Source: Octopus vulgaris
Taxonomy: Eukaryota
Reading direction: 5' to 3'
DNA length: 64,000 bases
Assembly (NCBI GenBank): GCA_951406725.2
Contig: CATOCA020000001.1
Span: 9,238,001 to 9,302,000 of the forward strand
Shown: positions 26,831 through 41,568 of the stretch, piece after piece
How positions within the stretch are numbered: the first letter of the stretch is position 1
How the letters are laid out: every line of letters starts with the position of its first letter
Made by a program: the position numbers and the translations under genes
Notes under the pieces: generated by a model
Told to the model about the DNA's origin: nothing
The model's input: only the letters and a program-made list of their open reading frames with translations
Database searches by the model: none

Positions 26831-27189
26831 TAAGCAATATACTAATGCATGGTATCATCAATAAAAAGACGGACGAAAGAGATGGGCGTTAGTGAAGCTA
26901 AAGGGGAGAAGGCGATGGTAGATGAGGTTTGGAGGCCCAGAACGATCAAAAGTAAGAGACGGAGGGTGAGATTGAAGAAGAGAGAAACCTCTAGAAGAAA
27001 AGAGAAAAGTCTAGAAGGAATAATGGAAAACAACAATGTAAAAATTAAAACCAAGAACTTATAACACAATAGGATCTGACTTTATATATACATTTATAAA
27101 TATATATACACACACATATACATATATATATACAAACATATACATCCAGACGTATATATGCGTGTATGCTTTAATGAATGTGTGTGACC

Positions 27190-27239
<50 letters not shown>

Positions 27240-27325
27240 GTGTGTCAGTGTGATTGTGTTTGCTTGTGTACTTCTATACACGTATATGTTTGCATAGAAA
27301 TGGACATAAACATATACATATATTA

Positions 27326-27382
<57 letters not shown>

Positions 27383-27845
27383 CATACATACATACATACA
27401 CGTATGTACAGTTCTATATGCATATCTGTATGTATTTATGTGTAGGTAGACAGATAGAGAGACAGAGAAGGAGAGGCGGTGAGAGAGATTAATTAATCAA
27501 ATATATGTGTGTGTGTATCTATAAATGTTAAATCTTAAAAGTAATAAAATTTGGTTTACCTTTAAAATCGGCTCCAGCAATCAATTCGCTTCCCGATCTT
27601 TTAACAACTGATTATGTGTATTCAGTTACCTTATATAAGTGTGTCTAAAACTGCAGAAGGTACCTCATATGCATATCGAATAAATTGGACAATTGTCATT
27701 AATCGTTAAGTGCTTTATTTTTAAAACGCCAGTCACAGTATTTCCTGTTGTTGTATGTTATTGGCGATCCTTCTTTAACATTTAGTCATCTTCATTATGT
27801 ATATTAACAAAGCATTGTCTGCTCCATCCTGCAAAAGGAAGTTGG

Positions 27846-30300
27846 TATGTTAGTTAGTTAGTTAGTTAATTTTTTGGCTCAAAAAGCAAAAAGCAAGGCC
27901 ATGTAGGGGGACATGGAGTTATGTACAGGGTGGTGTTCATGTAAAGAGGCTACTTGTGGTCAAAGGAGACTTTGAACCGAACGGTCGTCGGCATCTTCAC
28001 CATCTCGTCTGGCAGCTAATTCCACGGATCCGCAACCCGGGCGGAGAAAGCCCCTCTCCTTCGATTAAGATGAAATTGTCGCAGATAGAGCTTTTCGGAA
28101 TGACCCCGCAGCCGACGCTCTGGAGCAGGAGTGAATAACAACTCTTTCGAGAGGTTACACTTTCCGCTTATGACGTTGTGAGCAAGAATGAGATCTCCAC
28201 GGCGTCTCGTTTTTCTAGAGAATAAAGGTCGAGACAAATGCTTGAGACCATTAACCATGCGGGTAGCCAGCTTCTGGACTCTTTCGAGATGATGTATGTC
28301 TTTGAGGAGATAAGGAGAAGAGGCTTGAATCCCGTACTCCAATATGGGTCTCACCAGCGTGACATAGAGCGGTAGGAATATGGCTGCTGTGAGCATTCCG
28401 AATGACCGTCGAATCAAGAACAGAACTCCGCGTGCTTTGTTGGCAGCATGGACGCACTGGGCCGAAGGCGAAAAGGAGGAATCCACCAAGATACCCAGGT
28501 CCTTTACCTGATCGGTCCCCTCCAGCTGCAGACGACCCGGCTCGAAATGAAGTTGAGTTGCAGGAGGAGAGCCAACAGGCAGATGACAGCACTTTGACCA
28601 TCGTTAGACCATCTCCAAATTTGGTGGAGGCATCGACGAAGGTCCTCTATATCACCGCGAGGAGCGACCAGTTTGACATCGTCGGAAAATAGAAGGGTGT
28701 GTTGCGTGAGGTCGTCGGGCAAGTCATTTATGAAGACTAAGAACAATAAGGGCCCAAGCACTGAACCTTGAGGCACACCACCGCTCGCACTGGAGACGTC
28801 AGACCGCGAACCATTAACTTCGACTTGGAAGGAGCGATCTGTGAGGAAGGCACCAACCCAAAGTACAATATCCGGATGGAAACTATATGCTTGAAGCTTG
28901 ACAAGTAATAGGCGGTGGTTTACCGAGTCAAAAGCTTTGGCAAAGTCCAATAAAACGATGTCAACAGCATCACTATCATCGAGGATGCGCGTCACCAATT
29001 CTTCCATTACCAGTAAGTTGGTCAAGCATGATCTCTTCGGCACGAAGCCGTGTTGGGAATCAGAGATAGAGGCTGTGTTTTGGAGGTGGTGCATCATACT
29101 TTTCTTAAGGATGGTTTCGAACATCTTGCTGATTATTTATGTAAGGGAAACCGGTCGGTAGTTAAGCGGGTTTTCGCGGCTCCCTTTCTTGAAAATTGGG
29201 CAGATTATCGCTGTCTCCAGTCCGCAGGTATAACACCCGTCGCTAATGACATATTGAATAGACGTGTTAAGGGCTCGCAGATGACCGGAGCCAACGCTTT
29301 GATAACCCATGGGTGTATGCCGTCAGGGCCGTGACCGTTGTTGACATCGAGGCCTTGAATAACGCGTTCGACTTCGTCCTGCGTGATGACCAATCGAAGC
29401 ATTGGAGGTACCGATCTATCAAATGGAGGGGGTTCACGACCATCATCTTGTTTGAAAATAGTTGAAAACGCCTCGGCAAATAATTGACTCTGTTGATAAG
29501 GGTCCTCAATCGATACGCATGTTGAGTCTACCAACGTTGCAATTTGGTTGTTCAAGCGGGAATTCCGCTGGACATGGGCAAAGAAGGTTTTTGGATTGCT
29601 ACTGGCTTTTGCCGAGATTTTGTATTCACATCTGAAGCGTTCTTCCTTTTCAATTTTCACGGCTCGATCTCGTTGAGTTTTGTACACCTCTAAAGCTGCA
29701 GTCGAATCTAGATTTTTGAATTCAGCCCAAGCAATATCTCTGTGTCGAAGTTCTCGTTTAACCTTCTTCGTCACCCAGGGTTTGTGTTTCTTCTTTTTGG
29801 GAAGCCCAACGGGAACTACCTGGTCAGTCAACCAGATTACATATGATTAGGCAACTGAGGACAACGTCATCAGGGATCGCCAGTCCAGAAGCGCGGAAGC
29901 CTCGGTTAGAATTTCAAGATTAATTGCAGAGAAGACTCTACGTGGCAGCGAAGTAGTCGTGGGTGTAGAAAAAGTTGTGTGCATGACGAACTTCGGGACC
30001 GCATGATCACTCTTGGCAAGAGGGGCGCACACAGATACGTCTGACATTGATCTTCGATAGCGGGAGAATACCAGATCCAGCATAGATGGCTGCAGCCCAG
30101 ACCGATGCCTTGTCGGATATTCAACATGTTGCGATAGAAAACAATCTTCAGCCACGTCAAGAAGGGCCTGGCCGAACCGGGAAGATGATGTACAAATTGA
30201 TGCGGGCCAATCGATCGTTGGAGCGATGAAGTCTCCGAATATATGCTGACTTGTACCGGCTGTCCTCTTTGATTTAGAGGATACCGCCACAATACTGGAG
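27846..30300 (-). mobile_element. 5'-truncated CR1-clade LINE (APE C-terminus plus RT), frameshifted, (TAAC)n tail
   Basis: GDFIAPTIDW, SDHAV, GPDGIHP, QHGFVPKRSCLTNLL, DFAKAFDSV, GVPQGSVLGPLLF, FSDD, LERVQK.ATR, RGHSEKL; TAGT repeats on the plus strand near 27850. Confidence 0.93.
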
Positions 30301-33200
30301 GTGCATTAATTGCACCAACAAAATTGGACGGGCCATTGATTGGAACTCCTCGTTCAAATTGAACAAGAATCCCTAAATTCTATCCTTGGTTCTATAAACT
30401 TAGCAGACGGCACGAGACTACACGTGGCCGTGGAGGGCAGGAGGCCGAGGTGCTACTTTTGTGAAAGTGATCAGCACCTCAAGGTCGACTGCCCCAAATG
30501 CAAAGACGGAAGCTACAAGCGACAGTAGAAACGGTGGCACCTCCGGTGCAGCAGCAGCAGTAACAACACCAGCAGCAGAAACCAACCCCATCACCACCAG
30601 CAACAGCAACAGCGACGCCACCTCCAACCGTCGCCAGGGCACCACCATCACCAACACCAACAACGAAAATAAATACCAGTCAGAGTACCACTACCGCCAG
30701 TAGCAATAACACCACCACCAACTACTGTAGCAGTAGCGGCAGCAACAAATGAACCGCAGCAAAAGCAAGAGCCAAAGGGGTGAGTGGCAAACAGTTCCCC
30801 CTAGAAAAGAAAAAGATAGTAGAAGAAAAGAGGGGGAGGTGCAAACTGGAGAAACTCCCCAACAGCAGCAACACGCACACAGCCACCGACAACAGCACTA
30901 CCACCAGCACTACAACCTCAAACTACAAAACACACTGCACAACACAAACAGACTGCACAAACACCACCAACCTCACAGCCATCAACACCGACAATACACA
31001 TCTTGTCGAATACATTAGAGAAAACACAGACACCACAGTGGAAGACTTTGTCTTCCCAACACACAATGCACCATCACCACACATACAAATTTCTGAAAGT
31101 AACACAGGACACCTACAACACATTAAAAATTAATTTTCCAAATGCTGTTGGGTCATTCCAAAAAACATTCTCTAAGAGACTATATGAAAATCTCGTGGAA
31201 ACGCCCGCAAGAAAGACAAAGGGGTCACCCCTGCTAGACAACAGTGGTAAGTAGAGCTCTTCTCCATTCTAAATTTATTCTACCAAGGTGATGCTCAGAA
31301 TAGGTCATATAAATGTCAGGGGCCTCCAGTGGCCTTGGAAATAGAGTCACCTTTCAAATGATCTGAGGTTCCTTAGTGTAGATGTTGCAGCCATTAGTGA
31401 ATCCAGTCTATCCGACCCACGGGACCTCACCACATTTTTCGGAGGATACGAGATTTTTCTATCTTCGTGTCGGTCGAAAAGGGACGGTGGAGGTACTGTG
31501 GTGCTCTTCAAGAAGGGTGTATATTTGAAAATAAAGGCACTTTTCCTGGATCCAGAAGGTAAATTGGTGGTCCTGGATGTGAACAGCTGTGACGATGGTG
31601 CTTTCAGACAAGTCGCTGTCTATGCTTCATCAGGGGAAGGGCGGTCTCATTACTTCAAGCGTTTCGAGATCTTGGGAACGTCTCGAACTTTAGTATTAGT
31701 AGGGGACTGGAACTCTGTCTTAAATGGACATTTTGATTGCGTGGAAGTATCTAATAGGAGAGGGGGTGAAAAAGCCTCAAAAACCTCTCACACGTTTTCA
31801 ATGGTCTGACAGGTACCGGCTAGATTATCCAAATGGGCCAATGTGGACTTGGACAAACCGCATCGTCTAGCAGGGGTGACCCCTTGGACTTTCCGGTTGA
31901 AAAGCTGCTTTGTACAGCTACATCTGCTCGGTTGTTCGTGTGAATGGTCACCTGTCTGAGCCATTCAGCATCTTGCGTTCCGTCCGTCAAGGGTGCTCTC
32001 TCTCCTCCCTTCTGTATGTACTGACTCTTGAGCCATTTACTGCGGAAGCTGGGGGCGTTGAGGGATGTCCCGCGTGATCTAGTATGTGAGAGAAATGTAT
32101 CTGCTTACGCTGATGATGTCACCATCATAGTGTCGAGCCACAGGCATATAGACCTGACAGTCGAAATACTACAGGAATATGAAGCGATAACAGGAGCAAA
32201 AATTAACCCGGAAAAGTCAGTGGGCTTGTAGCTCGGTACATGGAGAGGCAAGGCCATGCGGTCCAACAGCGTCGTGCTGAGCTGGACAGATAGTCCCAAC
32301 AATTTGCTCGGTCCACACGTCCAAGTGGAGAAGAACTGGGAAGAAGTGACGAGAAGGGTAGCCAAACTCACCCGGAAATAGACCAAGAGGAAGCTGTACC
32401 TGAAAGATTGGGCGGAGGTGACGAACGCGTACATGGCACCCGTCATCTCCTACCGCTTGACTGTCGCCCCTTGTGTCGTTTCCTGGTTGACCAAGCTTGT
32501 GCGCTTACTCTTCCATTTTCTGTGGAAGATGCGCATTCCACAGGTCAGGCGCTCTATCTGCTGTCAATAGCTGCTGAGTGGAAGAGTGGGCATGCCCTGG
32601 TTACTGATGCGCAGACGTGCGCTGAGGTTGCTGCATCTCCAGCCTTTCCTTGACGGTGAGCAGGTGGGATCACCGTTTGTAAGAGGCACTTTTCCACAGC
32701 TCGTCTTTTTGACTGAGCGGTAATCCTGGAATGGGTGTAGACCGAAGAAGGGCGCTTCGTATCTTGAGTCCCGTCAAGCACTCACAGTCCTCCACCAGGT
32801 GGGTAATGCGGTCGGTGATACTTCCACTCTAAAGTTCTAAAGAGTGCTAATGAAGGGAAAGTGCGACGACGTCCTCAGAGAAAATCTGGGTGTCGATGAA
32901 GATCAACTAACCGATCTGTTTCGCAGCACTTTCGGGCCTGAGCCTATGGATAAATTCAAGAAATCCCTTGCCTGACAGTGCTACCGAAGGGCGCTCTCTG
33001 TTTGCGATAAAATTTATAGGCACGGAAATGCCGTCAACCGGGCCCACCCGAGGTGTGCCCAGAAAGATGAAACTGTTCTGCACGACCTAGTCCAGTGCCC
33101 GAGTATTGCTGACCGGTGGGTTTATGTCGAACACCTACTGCACACACATCTCCACTGTCAAAGCATATCTGATCAACAAAAAGCAATAGAATCACACGGT
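30301..33200 (+). mobile_element. Tx1/L1-group LINE remnant: ORF1 with gag-type knuckle and an internally deleted ORF2
   Basis: ORF1 piece VEGRRPRCYFCESDQHLKVDCP (CX2CX4HX4C). ORF2 from 31291: IGHINVRGL, LVGDWN, WTWTN, VRQGCSLSSLLY, SAYADDVT, INPEKS, and a C-terminal PRC..DETVLH..VQC knuckle. Confidence 0.85.
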
Positions 33201-33239
33201 CAGTATTTTGGGCATCCAGAATTGCTTCATACAGCTTTG

Positions 33240-33447
33240 CACACATACTCACATACATACACACATACATACATATAAACATACATACATACATAAATAC
33301 ATAAATACATACAAACATACACACATACATAAACACATACATACATACGTACATACATTTATTCAAATGCACATACCCACATACATTCATACATACACGA
33401 ATACATACATATACAGATACATGGACACATACATAGATACATGCTTG

Positions 33448-33507
<60 letters not shown>

Positions 33508-36310
33508 TACACACATACATAGATACAGTCATAGATTCATACAGACATAGATGAATGCATACGTAGATGCAAGCATACCTCCATACATACAGGCATAGAT
33601 ACGTACACAAATTCATACACATATATATACACAGAAACACACTTGCATACATACATACGTACATACATACATATATACACACACATGCATACATACATAC
33701 GTACATACATACACACATACATGCACAGGGGCATACATGCCAACAAATATATACACACGCACGTATAAAAATACATACATATATAGATATACATATATAC
33801 ATGTGTGTATGTATGTATTTTTTACGTACATATGTATGTGTACGTATGTATAAATGTATGCGTGTATCTATGCATGTGTGCATGTATATAGAAACATTCA
33901 TACATACCAACAACCGTACGCACATACATACATTGTGGCTGCCCCCTCGTTATCGAGTATGGCCATTGCGCAAAAGCTTAATCAATGTTGTTATCGTGCA
34001 ATGCCTCTGCAAGACGTTTTTTTAAAGTAAGGAAAGGCTGTGCACTTAGTCAATCCCACTCACTAAGCAACAGCAGCCATAATCCGAAAAGAAGAACAAG
34101 TGAACATCATCGGTAACCACTGAGCCGCAGGTTTTATGTCGGAGTTATCCCAGTTACCTGAGTTAACTTCTCCTAGAAGGATGCCCTAACAAAGGCACAA
34201 CAAATACACACAGAGACACATATATACACATACACATGCTTATATAAATACATGCATACACACATACATACATATATACATGCACACATACATACACACA
34301 TACAAACGTACACATATGCGTACATACATACATACATACATACACACATACATACACACATTCATACACATACCCATATATAGGTATATACATATACACA
34401 TATATATATAACATGCATACATACACTAATATACACATACACTCATACGCACAAACATGCATACAAAATAAGCACATACATACATGCATACCTATATAAA
34501 AACATACATAAAAACATACACATATATATATATATATATATACATGCATACATGCACACATGCTTGCACACATACATACATATTCACGTACATATATGTG
34601 TGCATGTATTTGTGTGTTTGGATATCTATGTATGTGTGTATGTGTGCATGAATGCATGTATGTGAATATGTATGTATATGTGTATCTGCGTATGATTGTA
34701 TTAGGTATGTATATATGTAAGTATGTATTTAACACACATAGACACACACAAACATTATACACACATACATACATACACATATGCCCACAGACATATACAC
34801 ATCCGTACATACATACACACACATAGAGTCACATACATACACACATACTTACACACATATATACACACTTACACGCATACATTCATACACACATGCACAC
34901 TGATATACACACACACATACAATATTACACACATACTTACATACACCCACATTCGCACATACACACACATACATTCATACAGACATACAAATGCGCATAC
35001 CTAAATACATACATACACACATGCATACACACATATAAACATACATATACATACACATGTGTTTACATAATTCCATACTTAATCACATACGTACAAACAC
35101 ACATAGACATGCACATACACACAAACATACACGCATCCATACATATATACATACATATATACATACATATCCACATTCATATGTATGTATGTATGCGTTT
35201 TTGTATCTTTGTATATATTTAAGTATGTATGTATGTATGTATATATTTATGTATGTATATATGTATGTGTGTGTGTGTATATATGTATGTGTGTATGTAT
35301 GTATTTATGTACACATATATGCAGACAGACAAACTTGTGAACTTACACACATAACATACATGCACACACATATACACGCATGCACCCATATATACATTCA
35401 CATATACTTACATACACATGCAAATCAATATGCACATATATACACATACACACATGCATAATTACACAGATACATACACACATATATACACGAACACTCA
35501 AAAATACACACATACACACTTACTTAAATACACATATACACACTTACATACATACACATACACATAATACGCACATACATACACACTTACGTACACATAT
35601 TCATGCTGCACACATACATACAATGATACACACGCATATACATATATAGACAAATAAGTACATACACACATGCATACATACATAAATATATACACACAGA
35701 CATACGTACGCAGATACATAGACACATACATAAAACCATACATATAAACATGCATGCATAAACACAATCATACATATATACATACATACGTACACGCATA
35801 TACATGTACATACATGCATACATACATACACACATACATATGCACGTAGATGCATACATACGTGCATACATAGGCACCTACATGCAAGTATGCATCTTTA
35901 CCTATATACATACACGCATGGAATATGTACACATACACACATACATACTTACATAAATACATACATCAGTACACGCACATACATGCATGCATACGGACGT
36001 ACATACACACGTAGAAACACACATACACATATACGAAGATACATGCATGCATGCGAGCATATATATATATACATACACACATACATATATACATGCATGC
36101 ATACATTGCAAACCTACACACATACTTGTTGCATACAAAATATACATGCATGGATGTGTACATACATACATACAGTACATACTAACACACATACCTACAC
36201 ACGTAAATCCATACATACATAGGTTCATACTCACAAACATACAAGCATACTTAGACACCAACACGCATACGTATATACATACATACATACTCACATACGT
36301 ATATAGATAC
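33240..36310. repeat. Cryptic (TACA/CA)n block containing homologues of 15850-17185 and 19540-19940
   Basis: Shared ordered variant motifs (e.g. CACAGACATACGTACGCAGATACATAGA, TAGGCACCTACATGCAAGTATGCATC). Confidence 0.88.
33936..34196 (-). mobile_element. Non-autonomous bipartite RTE derivative: 5'UTR piece fused to the 3' terminus
   Basis: 33989-34196 matches 23590-23800; 33936-33978 matches 19954-19995; the whole ORF is absent. Confidence 0.88.
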
Positions 36311-37079
36311 ATACACACATATACGTTTATACAGTCACATATTTATGTTCTTTTCAATTGTTTGAGTCATTGAATTGCGTTTTCCAACATTTTATCTCCT
36401 AATTCATTCCTAATATCCTCAAACACTCTTTAGAACTGGCTGCGTGAGAATCTATACGACTTCCTCTAATTTGACCACTCCACAACTAAAGTGTTCTTCG
36501 TCACTCAATCCTTGTTTAGTACTCTCTCATCTATATATAGCTGCAGAACAGTTTCCCTTTGTTCTCTTTCTACATCCTTCTTTCGCTTTTGACACTAAAT
36601 CCACATTTTCCAAACAATTGCAGTGGCGTCATCGAACTTAAGAACCCTAATTTACTAATGTTCAACCGACATTTCTTTTATATATTCAACTTGTAAATCT
36701 TGAATTAATTGTATATCTAAATAAAGAAACTCTTACGAGCTTTATTAGGGTATACAGCTTTACAGAGTAAAATCAATATGTTAATTTTAGATTAAAAATA
36801 AATCTTAATTATCCTAAATTAGAGTACCATTTAACTTAAGGACAACATGTAACATTTCATATTTTGTTGTTGTTTTGCTTTTAAAATTCATTCTGAAATC
36901 CCTAAAAAGCAATAAAATCACAGAGTCAGTATTTTGGGAACCCAAAATTACTTAATACAGCTTTGCATCTGCGAAACATAGAAATGTTTAGATCATTTAT
37001 CACTGTTGCGGAGATTTTTTCCCACTTTCGGCTAATAACGTTTTTAAAAAATTCTCCTTCTTTTTGTCCTTATTCTTTC

Positions 37080-37552
37080 TCTTAATACTTTTCACAGTTC
37101 TACCCAACCATTCTCAAGGATTTTCGATGGGTTTCAGCTCGGGCGACGACGCTGGTCACTATATCAACCGAAATCTCTTAGGTATAATGTAATTTCTGAG
37201 TAGGTACGAGGTGACATTCGGGTGGTTGTCATGATGGAAAGTCTAAATGCTTTCGGGCGTATGGAAGCATAGTATTATTCAATATTTCTAGATAGGACTT
37301 ACTATCCATTCGGATTATAGAACTGACGTCTTTTCCCGACATACACACTTACATCATCACACTTTCGCCAGAGTGCCTAATTGAAGGTTGGATGCATTTT
37401 GGATGGAATTCTTCGCCTATACGCCTTCTTACATACTTCCTGCCATCTCTGCCGATCAAGTTGAACTTTGATTCGTCCGACCACAACACATTCGTCCAAT
37501 CTGCTGGACTCCATTTCAAATGTTCTTTAACGGGCAAATCGATTTTATCAAA
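37080..37552 (-). mobile_element. Tc1 transposase remnant, copy 2
   Basis: ORF 37349-37591 WSDESKFNLIGRDGRKYVRR; colinear with 17820-18292. Confidence 0.88.
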
Positions 37553-38051
37553 TGCACCTATACACACATACATGCATAGACACTCATGCATTCATTCATA
37601 CAGACATTCTTACATACATACATAAAACATATATACATACATACATACACACATACTCATATACATACATACAGACATACATACACACATACAAACATAC
37701 ACACATACATACACACATACAAACATACACACATACATACATACAAACATACACACATACATACATACAAACATACATACATGTGTGTATGTATGTACGT
37801 GTGAATGTACTTATGTATGCACGTTTGTGTATATATATCTATACGTGTCCGTATATAAATATCTGTGTGCATATATATATATGTGTATATATATCTATTT
37901 GTGTATGTACATAAATTCATACATACATACATTCATATATACATTCAATTATGCATACATGCATAAATACATAAATACATACATACATACATATATACAT
38001 GCATACATATATACATACATACATACATACATATATACATGCATACATATA

Positions 38052-38085
<34 letters not shown>

Positions 38086-38099
38086 CATGCATTCATATA

Positions 38100-38133
<34 letters not shown>

Positions 38134-38180
38134 CATGCATACATATATACATACATACATACATACATACATACATACAT

Positions 38181-38656
38181 GGTGGTTGTCTACACCTTAT
38201 ACAGAGTTTGACCACCTTCTTACCGACACCTTAGCACCATTATGGTTCCTGATGTAGCTTTTCAAACGAAAGAATATTCTGAAAAGACACCCACATAGAT
38301 TGCTCCTCAAATTTGGGCCACCAAGACCTGCAGATAAATTCTGCTGTTTCTAGGTCTTAAAATGTCGCTTGAGGCCTCCGTTGGATTTGCAAACTTCATA
38401 CGTTCGTCAGGGGATCATTCGATACCTTGACCCCAATATTTGTTTTGTCTGTCCTTGCATCATCACCCCTTTTCTTAACCTTATATGGTTAATAAAGAAA
38501 TTGACAGTTCAGGAGTACATGCGCCATCCAGCAGAGTGTCCAACAACATCCTCGTCACCAAGCAAGCCTGGTGGGGTTTCCATTTTAATCGCCGACGGCA
38601 CGATCATGAATCATGTTGTACTGGGTTACATGTTCCCAGTAGTACTCAAGAGCGAC
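38181..38656 (-). mobile_element. Older bipartite RTE derivative: 5' terminus plus C2H2-coding 3' end
   Basis: 38525-38656 aligns to 23953-24085; 38181-38402 encodes EVCKSNGGLKRHFK..LKSYIRNH, similar to ORF 20001-20516. Confidence 0.7.
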
Positions 38657-38705
38657 ATGCATACATACATACTTAAAGACATACAGACAGACAGATGGCC
38701 GTCCA

Positions 38706-39158
38706 TGAACATGTATCATACATCAAAATGAATCTGGTCCTCAAAAGCAACGTTCCACCTTCGAATGACTGCATGTATCCCCACCCCGTAAAATTCTGCT
38801 GACTGTTCCTTGAGCCCTTTCTTCACTACCTCCACACTCACCAGATTTAGCACCTCAGACTATCATCTCTTCGGCGCAACAAAAGAGGGTTTGAGAGGCA
38901 AACATTATCCCAGTGACGAGGAAGTAAGAAATGTGGTGAAGAAGTGGCTCAAAGAACATTCAACAGAATTTTAAAGGGCAGGAATACATGCTCTCATTCG
39001 AAGAAGGAACATTGCTTTTGAGAGAAACGGTAACTATATTAAAGAGTGGGGATGTGATCCACTGGGGCCAAGATTCATTTTGATGTATGATACATGTTCC
39101 TGTGTTGGTAATTATACATTTCCTAAACAAAATGGCATTACTTTTTGACTACCCCTCG
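38706..39158 (+). mobile_element. mariner (DD34D-type) 3' remnant with right TIR, preceded by an inverted partial copy
   Basis: PPHSPDLAPSDYHLFG..KEGLRGKHY.SDEEV..VKKWL..GIHAL..NGNYI; TIR-like ATTACTTTTTGACTACCCCTCG at the end. Confidence 0.88.
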
Positions 39159-39734
39159 CACATACATACATACATACATAAGTACGTACACACATACCCA
39201 CATACATACATATATACATACAAACATATATACACACATACATATACACGTGCATACATACGTACATACACACACACTTATGCATACATACATTCATACA
39301 TACACAAATACATGTACATATACAGATATAAATACATACATATACATATATATACACATACATATATACACATATACATACATATATTCGCACTTACATA
39401 TATAAAACATACTTGCATACATACACACATAAATACATAGTCAACACACATACACACATACTTACATACACCCACATTCGCACAAACACACATATATTCA
39501 TACAGACATACAAATGCACATGCGCAAATACACACATACGCACATGCATGCATAGAAACACATACATACAAACTCACATACATATATAAAACATATATAC
39601 ATACATACATAAACACATACTCACATACATACATACATACACACATACACACATACACACATACATACACACATTACATACATACATAAATACATACATA
39701 CATACATGTATACATACATACATACATACATGTA

Positions 39735-39765
<31 letters not shown>

Positions 39766-41568
39766 GAATACATACATACATACATGTAGACATACATTCA
39801 TACATACATACATACACACATACATACATACGTACATACATACATACACACATACAAACACACACACATACACATATACATACACACATTACATACATAC
39901 ATAAATACATACATACATGTATACATACATACATACATGCATACATACATACAAAATACATACACATACATACATTATACATACATACATACATACATAA
40001 TACATAAATACATACATACATACATACATACATACACACATACATACACACATACATACATACATAAATACATACATACATATACATACATACATACATA
40101 CATACATGTATACATGTATACATACATACATACATACATATATGAATACATACATACATACATGTAGACATACATTCATACATACATACATACACACATA
40201 CATACATACATACATACATACATACACACATACAAACACACACACATACACACATACATACACACATTACATACATACATAAATACATACATACATGTAT
40301 ACATACATACATACATGCATACATACATAAATACATACATACATACATACATACATACATACATACATACATACACACATACATATTCGACCAATCTGCT
40401 GGACTCCCTATCAAGTATTCTCGAACGTGCAAATCGATTTTTTGAAATGCACACATACATAATACAGACATACTCACATACATACTTACAAACATATATA
40501 CATACGTCCACACATACTCACATACAAACATACATACATACACAAAATACATGTATATACACACACTTACCTACATACACACATACATGCACACAAACAT
40601 ACATACACACATACATACACGCATAAATACATACATATCTACAGACGTACATACACACATACATACATACATACATACATAGGCACATACATACATGCAT
40701 ATATACACACCTGCACACATTCTTGCTGGAATACACACATATATACCTGCATGCATATATACGTACTTTCATGCATGCATACACACACGGATACATTCAT
40801 TCATACACAAACAAATACATATATGCATACATTCATGCGTGCACACATACATACCCACATACCTACATACACACATACATTCACACATACATTCACACAT
40901 ACATTCACACATACATTCTCACATACGTATATACATACATACACACATATACGTTTATACAGTCACATATTTATGTTCTTTTCAATTGTTTGAGTCATTG
41001 AATTGCGTTTTCCAACATTTTATCTCCTAATTCATTCCTAATATCCTCAAACACTCTTTAGAACTGGCTGCGTGAGAATCTATACGACTTCCTCTAATTT
41101 GACCACTCCACAACTAAAGTGTTCTTCGTCACTCAATCCTTGTTTAGTACTCTCTCATCTATATATAGCTGCAGCACAGTTTCCCTTTGTTCTCTTTTTA
41201 CATCCTTCTTTGCTTCTTGACACTAAATCCACATTTTCCAAACAATTGCAGTGGCGTCATCGAACTTAAGAACCCTAATTTACTAATGTTCAACCGACAT
41301 TTCTTTTATATATTCAACTTGTAAATTGTGAATTAATTGTATATCTAAATAAAGAAACTCTTACGAGCTTTATTAGGGTACACAGCTTTACAGCGTAACA
41401 TCAATATGTTAATTTTAGATTTAAAAAAAATCTTAATTATCATAAATTAGAGTACCATTTAACTTAAGGACAACATGTAACATTTCATATTTTGTTGTTT
41501 TTTTTGCTTTTAAAGTTCATTCTGAAATCCCTAAAAAGCCATAAAATCACAGAGTCAGTATTTTGGGA

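Noticed and set aside
26842-27069. Hydrophobic 75-aa ORF resembling a membrane peptide
   Set aside because: Starts at a non-ATG codon and reflects a purine/pyrimidine-skewed tract.
27560-27830. Minus-strand exon-like interval with AG and GT boundaries
   Set aside because: Stops occur in all three frames; no independent support.
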